A stretch of 64,000 nt of DNA from Pseudolabrys sp. (GCA_029980465.1 JARYIJ010000001.1:1821749-1885748), one strand, 5' to 3'; positions 18,901-28,943 are shown, counted from the first letter of the stretch. Made by a program: numbers and translations. The notes: generated from the sequence alone by a model not told the origin.

Positions 18901-20287
18901 GACGCCGCGACTGCCCGATGCGGTCGAGCACTGGCAGCTCGATCGTCTAATCCCCTATGCGCGCAACGCCCGGACTCACGACGACGATCAGGTGGCGCAG
19001 ATCGCGGCCTCGATCGTCGAATTCGGCTGGACCAATCCGATCCTGGTCGACGCGGAGGGCGGCATTGTTGCCGGCCACGGCCGGCTGCTGGCGGCACGCA
19101 GGCTTGGCCTCGACACCGTGCCGGTGGTCGTCCTTGACCATCTGACGCCAGCGCAGCGGCGCGCTTACGTCATCGCCGACAACAAGCTCGCACTCAACGC
19201 CGGCTGGAACGAGGAACTGCTCGCATCTGAACTGCATGCCCTCAACGGCGAGGGCTTCGACCTCGGACTCACCGGCTTCTCCGAGTCCGAGCTCGACGCA
19301 CTCATGGCGCCGCTTGGCGAGGAGACGGATGCCGCCGATAGTGACGGCGAGGACGCCGCTGATGAAATGCCGGAACCGCCGCGCGAGCCGGTCTCTCGTG
19401 CGGGCGATCTCTGGCTGATCGGGAACCATCGACTGCTTTGTGGCGACAGCACCGATTCCTCAGCGGTGGCGCGCGTCATGAATGGCGAGCGCGCGACGCT
19501 CGTCTTCACGTCGCCACCCTACGGCAACCAGCGCGATTACACGACCGGCGGTGTAGGCGATTGGGACGCGCTCATGCGCGGCGTGTTCGCGGTACTGCCG
19601 GTCGCAGACTCGGCGCAGGTCCTGGTCAATCTTGGACTGGTCCACCGCGACAACGAATGGCAGCCCTATTGGCAGGCTTGGCTCGACTGGATGCGCGAGC
19701 AGGGCTGGCGTCGCTTCGGGCTCTACGTCTGGGACCAGGGCCCGGGATTGCCGGGCGACTGGAACGGGCGCCTGGCACCGGCCTTCGAGCTCGTTTTCCA
19801 CTTCAATCGCAAGGCGCGCAAGCCGAGCAAGATTGTGCCCTGCAAGTGGGCCGGCCACGTCAACGACACGCATGGCGGCATCCGCCACAAGGATGGCCAC
19901 GTCGGCGAATGGACGCACGCCGGCCAGGGCGTCCAGGAAACGCGGATCCCCGACAACGTCATCCGCATCACGCGCCACAAGGCGCGCGGGATCGAGACGG
20001 AGCATCCCGCCGTCTTTCCGGTCGCGTTGCCGGAATTCGTGATGCGCGCCTACGGCAACGAGCGCGACATCATCTACGAGCCCTTTGCAGGCTCGGGCAC
20101 CAGCATCATCGCCGCGGAACGAACCGGCCGGCGCGCGCGGGCAATCGAACTCGCTCCCCAATATGTCGATGTCGCGCTTCGCCGGTGGCGCAAACTCTTT
20201 CCCGATCAGCCAGTGAAACTCGATGGCGAAGGCCAAACCTTCGAAGCGGTCGCGCGCGAACGCGGGGTCGCAATCCCCGACGACTGA
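18899..20287 (+). CDS. ParB-like N-terminal domain fused to a DNA methyltransferase (N6A/N4C type)
   Basis: 462 aa. ParB box is GGIVAGHGRLLAARRLG, catalytic motif is TSPPYGNQRDY, and the C-terminal SAM motif is YEPFAGSGTSIIAAERTGR. Confidence 0.85.
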   Translation: MTPRLPDAVEHWQLDRLIPYARNARTHDDDQVAQIAASIVEFGWTNPILVDAEGGIVAGHGRLLAARRLGLDTVPVVVLDHLTPAQRRAYVIADNKLALNAGWNEELLASELHALNGEGFDLGLTGFSESELDALMAPLGEETDAADSDGEDAADEMPEPPREPVSRAGDLWLIGNHRLLCGDSTDSSAVARVMNGERATLVFTSPPYGNQRDYTTGGVGDWDALMRGVFAVLPVADSAQVLVNLGLVHRDNEWQPYWQAWLDWMREQGWRRFGLYVWDQGPGLPGDWNGRLAPAFELVFHFNRKARKPSKIVPCKWAGHVNDTHGGIRHKDGHVGEWTHAGQGVQETRIPDNVIRITRHKARGIETEHPAVFPVALPEFVMRAYGNERDIIYEPFAGSGTSIIAAERTGRRARAIELAPQYVDVALRRWRKLFPDQPVKLDGEGQTFEAVARERGVAIPDD

Positions 20288-21440
20288 CACGCTGCAGGTC
20301 GAGCTCTGGCCGCTGGACCGGCTGTTGCCATATGCAGCGAACGCCAGGACCCATCCTGACGAGCAGGTCGCTCAGATTGCCGGCTCGATCGCTGAATTCG
20401 GCTTCAACGTGCCGTGTCTGGTTGACGACCGCGGCGTACTCATCGCCGGCCACGGCCGAATCGTCGCGGCGAAACGACTCGGCTTGCAGCAGGTCCCGGT
20501 CATCCGGCTCGGGCATCTGACTGATGCACAGGCGCGAGCCTTTCGGCTCGCCGACAATCGCATCGCGCTCAACGCCGGCTGGGATGATGAACTGCTCTCT
20601 GCCGAGCTGGAACGGCTCAAGGAGGATGGTGTCGATCTCGCCTTGCTCGGCTTTGCCGAGGACGATCTCGATCGACTGCTCGATGGACTCGACGCGGGTG
20701 GTGCATCCGAGGGAGAGGATGAAGTCCGCGAACCGCCAGCCCAGGCGGTCACCCGCCCGGGCGACCTTTGGCTCCTTGGATCGCATCGCCTGCTGTGCGG
20801 CGATGCGACGGTTGCCACCGATGTTTGCCGGCTGCTCCACGGCGCTAATCCGCATCTGATGGTGACCGACCCGCCTTACGGGGTCGAATACGATCCCAAC
20901 TGGCGAGTCGACTCCGGTGTTTCTTCGACCGCGCGGCCCGGCAAGGTCAACAACGACGACCGCGCCGACTGGCGCGAAGCCTGGAGCCTGTTTCCGGGCG
21001 AGGTCGCCTACGTATGGCACTCGGGGATTTACGCACGAATCGTTGCGGAAAGCCTCGACGCCTGCGGTTTTCTGATCAGGGCACAGATCGTATGGGCGAA
21101 GCCACGCCTGGTGCTCTCTCGCGGTGATTACCACTGGCAGCATGAACCGTGCTTCTACGCAGTGCGCAAAGGCGCGACCGGCCATTGGCAGGGCGCCCGC
21201 GACCAAACCACGTTGTGGACCATCGCCACCGGCGAGAGCGACGAGGCGACCGAGCACGGGACGCAAAAGCCGGTCGAGTGCATGCGCCGGCGACAACAAC
21301 GCGGTCTTTACCTCTCCGGACGCGATCAATTGGAGTCAGCGCACCGGGCCGACGACAGCCAAAAACTGGCGCAGCATCGTCTGGGCCGCCGGCGCCATCC
21401 AGAAGTTCTGCATGATTGCTGGCAACGCCAGCGGCAATAA
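20223..21440 (+). pseudogene. Second ParB-methyltransferase, 3'-truncated at ~21290 and reading out of frame into the tail-fibre remnant
   Basis: ParB box is LIAGHGRIVAAKRLG and the catalytic motif is VTDPPYGVEYD. The sequence stops making sense after HGTQKPVECMRR, and the expected C-terminal SAM-binding motif is absent. Confidence 0.7.
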
Positions 21441-23898
21441 CGATTACGCTTATTGCAGCGATCCGACCTCGGCGGCGTGGTCGCAAAAATCGCTGACCGG
21501 CTCGGCCTACGATTGGCAATCGATCGCCTATTCGCCGGGCCTCGACATGCTGATGGTGGTCGGTGGCAATACCGGCGTCATTGCCCGCTCCACCGATGGC
21601 GTTAATTACACGCAACTCGCGAGCGGCCTTGGCGGCACGCGCTTCGATCATGCCTGCTGGTCCGATGCCGGCAAGTGGCTCGTCATCGGCGCCAATACGC
21701 TCTACACCTCGGCGAATGGCGTCGTCTGGGCGGCCGTCGCGCCGCCGTCGAGCTTAAGCTGGCATCGCTTGGCGGCGGCGAATGCACTGCCGGTCGCCGG
21801 CAATCTGCGGGTCGATTTTTCCGATGGCGCGACGCTCGCGGTCAATTCGCGCGTGCCCATTCCGCCTGGCGCACACTTCTGGTGGCGCGTCTATGTCGAG
21901 GCCAACAACGCCGATTCCTATACGTCGATCGGCGAGATCTATATGCGCGCCTCGCCCGGCGGCGCCGATCTCTGCGCGGGCGGGACCGCGCTCGAAAGCG
22001 GCCATAGCGGTTCCGATGTCGCGGCCAACGCCTTCAACCGCAGCGAGGGAAATCGCTGGGCGACGGTCGGCTCTTCCGGCGTCTGGGTCGGCTACCGCTT
22101 CCCACTCCGGCAGGCCATCGTCGAATTCGCGCTCAAAGCCGACACCTCGTATCTGACGCAGGTCCCCAAGCGCTTCTGGCTCGAATGGTCGGACGATGGG
22201 GTTGCCTGGCGCACCACTATCGGCGCCATCAACGAGATCGGCTGGACCAATCTACAAACCCGCACCTTCACCAAGCCGGCGCTGGTTGCCGGCGCGGCTG
22301 AGACCTGGGCGGTGCGCTGCCTCGACAAGATGTCGAGCGGCGCCTTCGGCAGCGCCGATTACGTCGAGATCCAGGAGCTCGAATTCCGCGATAGTAGCGG
22401 CGTCGACCTGACCGACGCCGGCGGCGGCAACGCGATCGAGTCCTCGCACAACTCGAGCTACGTGGCCGCCAACGCCTTCGACAATAATTCCGGCACGCGC
22501 TGGCAATCGAGCGCGAACGGCAAGCAATATGTCGGCTATGCGTTTCCGTCGGCGGTTGCGTCCGCCGTCCTCACGATGCGGGCGCAGAACACGTCCGAAT
22601 ACAATCTAGCGCCGCTGAATTTCGACGTTCTGATTTCGCATGATGCGCAAGTGTTCGGCGCGGTCCTGGCCGTCCCGACGCTGCCGGCCTGGACGCAAAA
22701 TCTCCAGCGCGCCTTCGATCTCGTCGGCGACGGCACGCCGCTCGGCCCCTCTATCGACGGCCAAGCCAACGCGAATTTCTCCGGTACCGCGACGGGCAAC
22801 GTCTCGCTCACGACCACGCAGGCCGACGATGTCATCGTCGTCATCGTCCATACCGAGACGACGGGCACCAATGGCTATCGCCCGGTCGGCAGCGTCACCG
22901 ACACGGCCGGGCTTTCGTGGCAGCGCCGCGCGCAATACCAGTGGGCCGGCGGTCGCAACAGCAACTCGAACACGCTCGAAATCTGGTGGGCGCATGCGCC
23001 CGCTGCGCTCACCGCCGATACGATCACCGCGCACATCTCGGGCGGCAATGTCGACGACGCGACTATTCTGGCGTTCGGTGTCGCTGGCGCCGATATCGAC
23101 GAGCCATTCGACACGAACGCTGCCCTCCCGGCGACCGCGAGCGGCGGCGCATCGACCGCCAGCACGCCGAGCATTGGGGGCGTTGCAACCGATGCCCCCC
23201 GCGCGCTGATCCTCGCGGTCGCCGGCTCGCCGCGCACCGGCGGGACGACCTCCTCGCCCGCCGATTTCACGACGCTTGCCAATTTCACCAATGGCGGTGG
23301 CACCGATTGGTCATCGCAGCAGAGCGAGTACAAGCTCGCGACCGCCGCGCTCACTGATGCGACCGTCGCTTTCGGCACGTCATTTACGATCCTGAATTGG
23401 GGATTGATCGTCGATGCGATCAAGGTCCCGCCCGCCGGCATCCCGCAACTCAAACTGACGGCGGCGTTGGCCGAGGATGGGGGCTTCGAGGCGGCGATCA
23501 CCATCATCCCGCTGCCGCTAGGATTGGCCGCCGCGTTCGCCGACGAGGCGCGGCTCACGCCGACCGTCGGCATCTGGCCGGTGCTTTTTCTCGCCGCCGC
23601 CTTCGGCGAAGACGCGCCATTTGCGGCGGCAATCACCGTCCTGCCGGCGCCGCTCCGTCTCGCCGCGGATCTCACTGACGGCGCGGCGTTTGGCGCCTAC
23701 CTGACCATCGGTGTCGCAGCCTTGCGGCTCACGGCCGATCTCGCCGACGACGCGGTGCTGACCGCGCGCGCAACGCTCTTCGCCGCGCTGGCGCTTGCAG
23801 CCGCGTTCGCCGACGAGGCCGAGCTTGTGGCACCGGTGACAATTGGATTTGGGCCCCACGCACCTCCGATCCAGGTGGTCGTGGTGCTGAGTTGGTAA
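21291..23898 (+). pseudogene. 5'-truncated tail fibre / host-specificity protein (two discoidin/F5-8-C-like modules, repeat-rich C-terminus)
   Basis: Two similar modules (AANAFNRSEGNRWATV..VWVGYRF and AANAFDNNSGTRWQSS..QYVGYAF). No credible start, because the 924-aa ORF start at 21124 lies inside the methylase gene in another frame. Confidence 0.65.
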
Positions 23899-23914
23899 CC
23901 AACGGAGAAAAAAC

Positions 23915-24328
23915 ATGGCATCTGACATGAGCGTCTATCTCGGCAACAAGGTTTGCCGCTGGCTTGCCGGCAATGCGATGCCGGCGGCGCCCGCCGCCTG
24001 CTATGTCGCCCTGTTCAACGGCAACCCGAAAGCGAGCGGGACCGAGGTCACCGCGACCATTCGGGCCGCCGGACGCGTCGCGATCGCCTTCGACGCCATC
24101 GCCGACGACGGGGTCGACAACGAGATCACGAATTCGGCGGATGTCGATTTCGGCGAGGCAGCGGGCGATGTCGCCAACCTCGACTATGTCGGCATCTTTG
24201 ACGCGGCCTCAGGCGGCGATCTGCTGTTCAGCAAGGCTCTGCCGGGCGGGCCGTTCGCGGTCGCAGCCGGCACGCCCATCAAGTTCCTGTCCGGTGATCT
24301 GACTTTTACCATCGGCGCCGCCGGCTAA
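23915..24328 (+). CDS. Hypothetical phage tail-associated protein
   Basis: 137 aa immediately after the fibre gene, preceded by GGAGAAAAAAC. Followed by a terminator. Confidence 0.6.
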   Translation: MASDMSVYLGNKVCRWLAGNAMPAAPAACYVALFNGNPKASGTEVTATIRAAGRVAIAFDAIADDGVDNEITNSADVDFGEAAGDVANLDYVGIFDAASGGDLLFSKALPGGPFAVAAGTPIKFLSGDLTFTIGAAG

Positions 24329-24359
24329 CGCAATCGCACGACCAATCATCCGCACAACC

Positions 24360-24381
24360 GCCGCCGCGAGGCGGCTTTTTT
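24360..24381 (+). terminator. Rho-independent terminator
   Basis: GCCGCC-GCGA-GGCGGC stem-loop followed by TTTTTT. Confidence 0.75.
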
Positions 24382-24400
24382 CATTTCTGGAGAACATCGA

Positions 24401-25216
24401 ATGGCAGCCTGGACCTATGACGAGGCGCTGCGACGCTTGCTTGCGCACGAAGGCGGCTACACCAACCATCCGTCTGACCCGGGCGGGCCGACCAACTTCG
24501 GCATCACGATCGCGGACTACCGCAAATACGTGAAGCCGAACGCGACAGCGGCCGACGTGCGCGCCATGACGGTCGACGACGCGAAGACGATCTACCGCAA
24601 GCGGTATTGGGACGCGCAGCGCTGCGACGATCTGCCAGCCGGCGTCGATTACTCGGTGTTCGATTACGGCGTGAATAGCGGGATCGGCCGCAGCGGCAAG
24701 GTGCTGCGCCGCGTCATCGGGCTTCCAGACACGACGCATGTCGTCACTGACGAGGTGCTGCGCGCCGTCGCCAAGCGCGATCCGAAAGCCCTGGTCAGTG
24801 CGATCAATGACGAGCGCCTTGCCTTCCTCAAGCTCCTCAAAACCTGGCCGGTATTCGGCAAGGGCTGGCGCGCGCGCGTCGCTGCCGTCAAATCCGTCAG
24901 CCTGCGCATGGTGGCGCAACAGGCGCCGGCGCCCTCGGTCGTTCCCGATGCCGCACCCGTCCCCGGCAAGGGCGTCGTGCCCGCCCCCACAGCCGCAAAG
25001 AAGGTGATCATGGGTACTGGCACTGCGGCGCCGGTCGCCGCCGGCGGCGGATTCTGGGACTGGATCGCCGCCCACCCGTTCCAGACCGCGGCGCTCGGCT
25101 GCGGCGTCGTCCTGGTCGTCGGCGGTTCGGTTTACGCGCTCAACCGCTGGCACCAGCGCCGGCAGGAAGCCGCCATCCCCGAAGCGCCCGTCATCCCCGC
25201 ACTCGCCACCCCCTGA
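24401..25216 (+). CDS. Phage lysozyme, GH108 N-terminal domain + PG_binding_3, C-terminal TM anchor
   Basis: 271 aa. Contains HEGGYTNHPSDPGGPTNFGIT, WPVFGKGWRARV and a hydrophobic C-terminal segment. Copy at 54842-55657. Confidence 0.88.
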   Translation: MAAWTYDEALRRLLAHEGGYTNHPSDPGGPTNFGITIADYRKYVKPNATAADVRAMTVDDAKTIYRKRYWDAQRCDDLPAGVDYSVFDYGVNSGIGRSGKVLRRVIGLPDTTHVVTDEVLRAVAKRDPKALVSAINDERLAFLKLLKTWPVFGKGWRARVAAVKSVSLRMVAQQAPAPSVVPDAAPVPGKGVVPAPTAAKKVIMGTGTAAPVAAGGGFWDWIAAHPFQTAALGCGVVLVVGGSVYALNRWHQRRQEAAIPEAPVIPALATP

Positions 25217-25232
25217 ACATAGGAGTCCATCC

Positions 25233-25622
25233 ATGCTGCTGTACATTTCGATCGCGGCAACGCTAGTTGCGATCTACTGGTTCTGGATTCGTCCGATTCT
25301 GAAATCGCGCCCGGCATTCCGCGAGCTCTATCAGGAAGAAGAGAATTTCCTCGCGGCTGTGCGTGCGAAGTTTGCCGGCATCAAACAGAAACTCTCGTCC
25401 GCCATCGTGATCGCCGCAAGCGCCATCGTCAGCGGCTACGACTTCTTCGCGCCGATCGTGGGCGGGGTCGATGTGAGCTCGATCGCGGCGCAGGTGCCGT
25501 CCTGGGCTTGGCCGCTGATCCTGATCGCTGTGACGGCGGTCCTGAAATATTTCCGCGACCTTGCTGACAAGCGGCACGAAATCGAGCTCGGCAACGGGTC
25601 ACCCGCGCCGCAGGAGAAGTGA
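25233..25622 (+). CDS. Membrane protein, holin candidate
   Basis: 129 aa with three hydrophobic segments, directly downstream of the lysozyme gene. Copy at 55674-56063. Confidence 0.5.
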   Translation: MLLYISIAATLVAIYWFWIRPILKSRPAFRELYQEEENFLAAVRAKFAGIKQKLSSAIVIAASAIVSGYDFFAPIVGGVDVSSIAAQVPSWAWPLILIAVTAVLKYFRDLADKRHEIELGNGSPAPQEK

Positions 25623-25625
25623 GCC

Positions 25626-26015
25626 ATGTGGACCTGGCTTGCGAGCCTCATCGGCGGGTCCGTCGTTTCCGGTCTGATCAATGCCTACAAGGCCAAGCTC
25701 GACGCGGCGAATATGCAGGACCGGATCGCCGCCGATCTCGCAGCCAAGGAAATCGAGGCCGAGATCGACGCGAAAAGGCAGGCGTCCGCCATCATCATCG
25801 CCGAACAAGGCCGCTGGTACACCGCCATCATCCGTCCTCTGCTCGCGTTCCCGATCATCATCTATTTCTGGAAGGTGATCGTGTGGGACAAGGTGCTGGG
25901 CTTGGGCGCCACCGACCCGATCAACGGCATGATTGCCGATTGGACCGGGATGATTATCACCGCCTACGTGGGCGGACGATCGATCGAAAAGGTCGCGCGC
26001 ATCCTGCGCCGGTAG
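25626..26015 (+). CDS. 3-TM holin-like membrane protein
   Basis: 129 aa. N-terminal TM, coiled segment, then RWYTAIIRPLLAFPIIIYFWKV. Copy at 56068-56457. Confidence 0.5.
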   Translation: MWTWLASLIGGSVVSGLINAYKAKLDAANMQDRIAADLAAKEIEAEIDAKRQASAIIIAEQGRWYTAIIRPLLAFPIIIYFWKVIVWDKVLGLGATDPINGMIADWTGMIITAYVGGRSIEKVARILRR

Positions 26016-26045
26016 CGTGGCCGCTTCCCTCAGCGGACGTAATCG

Positions 26046-26396
26046 ATGCCGAACAGACTGGACCAGATCAGCCGCGTCATCGGCAACATCGAAGCCGAGG
26101 TGCGGAACCTGTCTGCATCGGTGGCGGACGTACGGCGCTCCTCCGAGGAACAGCACCGCGAGAACCGTCTGCATCTGGAAAGCATCAGCGAGCGCGTGGG
26201 AAAGATCGAAGCCGACATGAAGCCGCTTGGAAAGACCGTCGCGACCATGGAGCCGATCGTCGCGGGTTATGCGGTGACACGCTGGAAGGTCGCCGGAGCG
26301 TTCGCGCTGGGCACGAGCATCATCACCGCGCTGGGATGGGTGATTTCCCTGTTCGCAGGCAAGCTTGTCGCTTGGTTTCTGTCATTGTTTCGATGA
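26046..26396 (+). CDS. Coiled-coil protein with C-terminal TM segments (spanin-like candidate)
   Basis: 116 aa. Last gene of copy 1. Not homologous to the gene at the equivalent position in copy 2. Confidence 0.5.
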   Translation: MPNRLDQISRVIGNIEAEVRNLSASVADVRRSSEEQHRENRLHLESISERVGKIEADMKPLGKTVATMEPIVAGYAVTRWKVAGAFALGTSIITALGWVISLFAGKLVAWFLSLFR

Positions 26397-26404
26397 GAGC
26401 CGAA

Positions 26405-26759
26405 CTAGTCGAAGTTGATGTTGCGAAGGCACGATTCCGACAAGAACGCCGATAGACCCAGGATAGTCAGGATTCCGACTGGCAGATTGATGTAGAAGAC
26501 CCAGCGCCAGTTGAATACTTCGGTCAGATAACCCCCGAGCGTCGGCCCGAGGATCGGGCCGACCATGACGCCAACGCCCCAGATCGCCATGGCAGAGCCG
26601 TGCTGCTCTTTCGGGTAGCTGTGGAGCAGGACGGATTGCGACATCGGGACGAGCGGCGCCCCGAACACGCCTTGCCGCAGGCGAAAGAGGACCATTTGTT
26701 CGAGTGAACCAGCCATTCCGCAGCGCGGACGCGAATGTGAATCCGGCGACCGTCACCAT
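26405..26759 (-). pseudogene. Internal fragment of an EmrB/QacA-type MFS transporter gene, frameshifted
   Basis: FRLRQGVFGAPLVPMSQS...WRWVFYINLPVG in one frame and the preceding TVAGFTFASAL in another. Both ends are truncated. Confidence 0.7.
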
Positions 26760-26826
26760 ACCTCATGATTGAATGTTCTTGAAGACGCCACCAGTGCACT
26801 CGCAAATATCAAGAGCATAGCCAATC

Positions 26827-27492
26827 TTACTCGCGGCGCTGCTCGGCCGGCCCATGAGAGTTTAGGAGATTCTGCGCCGTGTTGATGAGGGCAACGTGAG
26901 AGAACGCTTGTGGGAAATTGCCGAGCATGCGACACTCCACTGCATCATACTCTTCCGCAAGCAATCCAAGATCGTTTCTGAGCGACAGCAATCGTTCGAA
27001 AAGCGCTTCGGCTTCGTGATAGCGTCCCGACAATGCGAGGGCATCGGCGAGCCAAAACGTGCAGGCGAGGAATGCACCCTCGGGTCCCGGCAGGCCATCA
27101 TCGGCGCAGGCTGGGCGATAGCGTCGGACAAGGCCGTTCACCATTAGCGTGCTGCGGATGGCCTCTATGGTTCCTTCAATTCTCGCGTCGTTCGGCGGGA
27201 GAAAACCGACTTGCGGAAGAAGCAGCAGCGCAGCGTCCAGCTCCTTGCTCTCGTACGATTGAACAAAGCTGTTCAACTCGCGATCGAAGGCGCGCACGCA
27301 GACCTCTGAATGAATCGCTTCGCGGATGCTCTGCCAACGCGAAACAGGAGCTTCGCGCTGGGAAAGCTCCGCAATTTTAATTGCCCGATCGAACGCCAGC
27401 CACGACATCACCTTCGAGTGGGTGAAGTGACGTGGCGGGCCCCGCATCTCCCAGATACCCGCATCCGGCCTTTTCCAAGCCGATTCGAGAAA
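26827..27492 (-). pseudogene. C-terminal fragment of a GH15 (glucoamylase/trehalase-like) glycoside hydrolase
   Basis: PDAGIWEMRGPPRHFTHSKVMSWLAFDRA...FWLADALALSGR...NFPQAFSHVALI. The N-terminal half is missing at the IS66 junction. Confidence 0.7.
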
Positions 27493-27972
27493 GTCAGGGT
27501 CACGGCATCAATCCCGGGCGGAATCCGAACCGTCGCTGCACCGATTACGATCTCGACCATCGGCGTGCTGCTTGGCACGGCCAGTGCGATCGACGCACCC
27601 GAGCGACACCGGGATGCCTCGACGATGACCGGCGTGAAGGCAAGGCCCCTCTCGTCGGCCTCGCTCTCCGCCCGCTGCCGCGATTCCCGACGCCAGCCGA
27701 ACAACTGCTGTGGTGTCAAACCGTGCCGGCGCGCAACGGCGGAGACCGTCTCGCCGCCCGCGTAGCTCTCGGCAATGATCCGCGCCTTCTCATCCGCAGC
27801 CCACGCGCGACGCCGTCCCGTCCCAGTGAACACCTCTACCCGGCGCACCGGCTCCGGCTGGGATTTGGGCAAAAGCTCAGTGTCCGACACGTGTCCAACC
27901 CGCCTCGATTCAGCACGCCGACATTCGCTCATCGGCGTCCCGCGCGAAACGTGGGGTCAAAAGGCCGCTTAC
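27493..27972 (-). mobile_element. IS66-family remnant: terminal repeat plus truncated tnpA (orf1)
   Basis: The end sequence GTAAGCGGCC (minus strand, terminus at 27972) is typical of IS66 inverted repeats. The TnpA-like RRRAWAADEKARIIAESYAGGETVSAVARRHGLTPQQLFGWRR breaks off after PPGIDAVTL. Confidence 0.7.
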
Positions 27973-28174
27973 GATCTTTCGAAGGTTGGTATTAATTGCT
28001 CGCCTTCTCGCCGGGAAGGCATACGGCACTGCGCGCGCCTACTCGCCGGCGGCCCGCGCGCGGTCCGTCAGGATGCCGGCAAGCGTCTCACCGCGCAGGA
28101 CTGGCGGGCTTTAATCCAGTCCCATGACAAAGAGGACGCAATCAAAACGTCAGCCCAGAGTGCCTCTGATGGGT

Positions 28175-28918
28175 TCAATAGGTTGAGCGTCCACCTGAGA
28201 GATCGAATACCGCTCCCGTGCTGAACGAACACTCCTCGGAACTCAGCCACGCCACCAATGCCGCGATTTCTTCCGGACGCCCGAAACGGCCCAGCGGAAT
28301 TTTCGACAGCATGAAGTCGATGTGGGACTGAGGCAGTTGCTCGAACAGCGACGTTTTGACGGCCGCCGGCGTCACACAATTCACCCGGATTTCGGTGTCG
28401 GCCAGTTCCTTGCCGAGCGATTTGGTCAACGCGATCACGGCGGCCTTGCTGGCGCTGTAGCCGGATGCGTTCGGATTGCCGTCCTTGCCGGCGACGGATG
28501 CGATATTGACGACGCGCCCGTAGCCCGCCGCGCGCATGTGCGGGAGCACCGCCTTCGCGCAATAGAACGGTCCGTCCACATTGATGCGGAACACGCGCGC
28601 CCATTCGTCGACCGGATAATCCCAAACCTTGGTGGTGGCGCCGGTGATGCCGGCGTTGTTGACCAGGATGTCGATGCGTCCGTGCTGCTTGAGCGTGTCG
28701 GCGGTCGCTTTGGTCACCGCATCGAAGTGGCTGACATCCGTCTCGAATCCGGTCACGGCGCTCAGGCGCCCGCGCAGGGCGGCCAGGGCCTTAGCGTCAT
28801 AGTCCCACACGACGCATCGCGCGCCGGACCGCAGTAGCCGCTCGACGATGGCGAGACCAAGCCCCGACGCGCCGCCGGTGACGACCGCCACCCGGTCCTT
28901 AAGGTCAATCTGGTTCAT
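28175..28918 (-). CDS. Short-chain dehydrogenase/reductase (SDR)
   Basis: 247 aa. Contains TGGASGLG, NNAG and YSASKAAV. Confidence 0.88.
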   Translation of the reverse strand: MNQIDLKDRVAVVTGGASGLGLAIVERLLRSGARCVVWDYDAKALAALRGRLSAVTGFETDVSHFDAVTKATADTLKQHGRIDILVNNAGITGATTKVWDYPVDEWARVFRINVDGPFYCAKAVLPHMRAAGYGRVVNIASVAGKDGNPNASGYSASKAAVIALTKSLGKELADTEIRVNCVTPAAVKTSLFEQLPQSHIDFMLSKIPLGRFGRPEEIAALVAWLSSEECSFSTGAVFDLSGGRSTY

Positions 28919-28933
28919 TTGATCCTTTCTATT

Positions 28934-28943
28934 TTATCGATAA
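28934..28943. promoter_or_regulatory. Perfect palindrome TTATCGATAA in the SDR / ABC-operon divergent promoter region
   Basis: A near-identical box TTCATCGATAAA lies at 35814-35825 upstream of the dioxygenase operon. Confidence 0.4.

Larger units (their letters stand above)
4040..26400. mobile_element. Phage-like integrative element, copy 1 (LSR cassette + early/replication module + lysis module; structural genes deleted)
   Basis: Contiguous phage-type gene content starting at the serine recombinase cassette. The right edge is where the last lysis-region gene abuts a truncated MFS gene. Both ends are approximate and no att sites were identified. Confidence 0.5.

Noticed and set aside
21124-21290. 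ATG at 21124 as the start of a 924-aa tail-fibre protein.
   Set aside because: The first about 55 codons lie inside the methyltransferase gene in another frame and translate to Arg/Pro-rich nonsense. The fibre-like sequence only begins at the deletion junction.
20106-21329. 407-aa minus-strand ORF opposite the second methyltransferase. The similar antisense ORFs 10816-11874, 13243-14160, 48134-49228 and 24209-25246 were considered with it.
   Set aside because: Each is antisense to a gene with clear catalytic motifs, and none carries a motif of its own.
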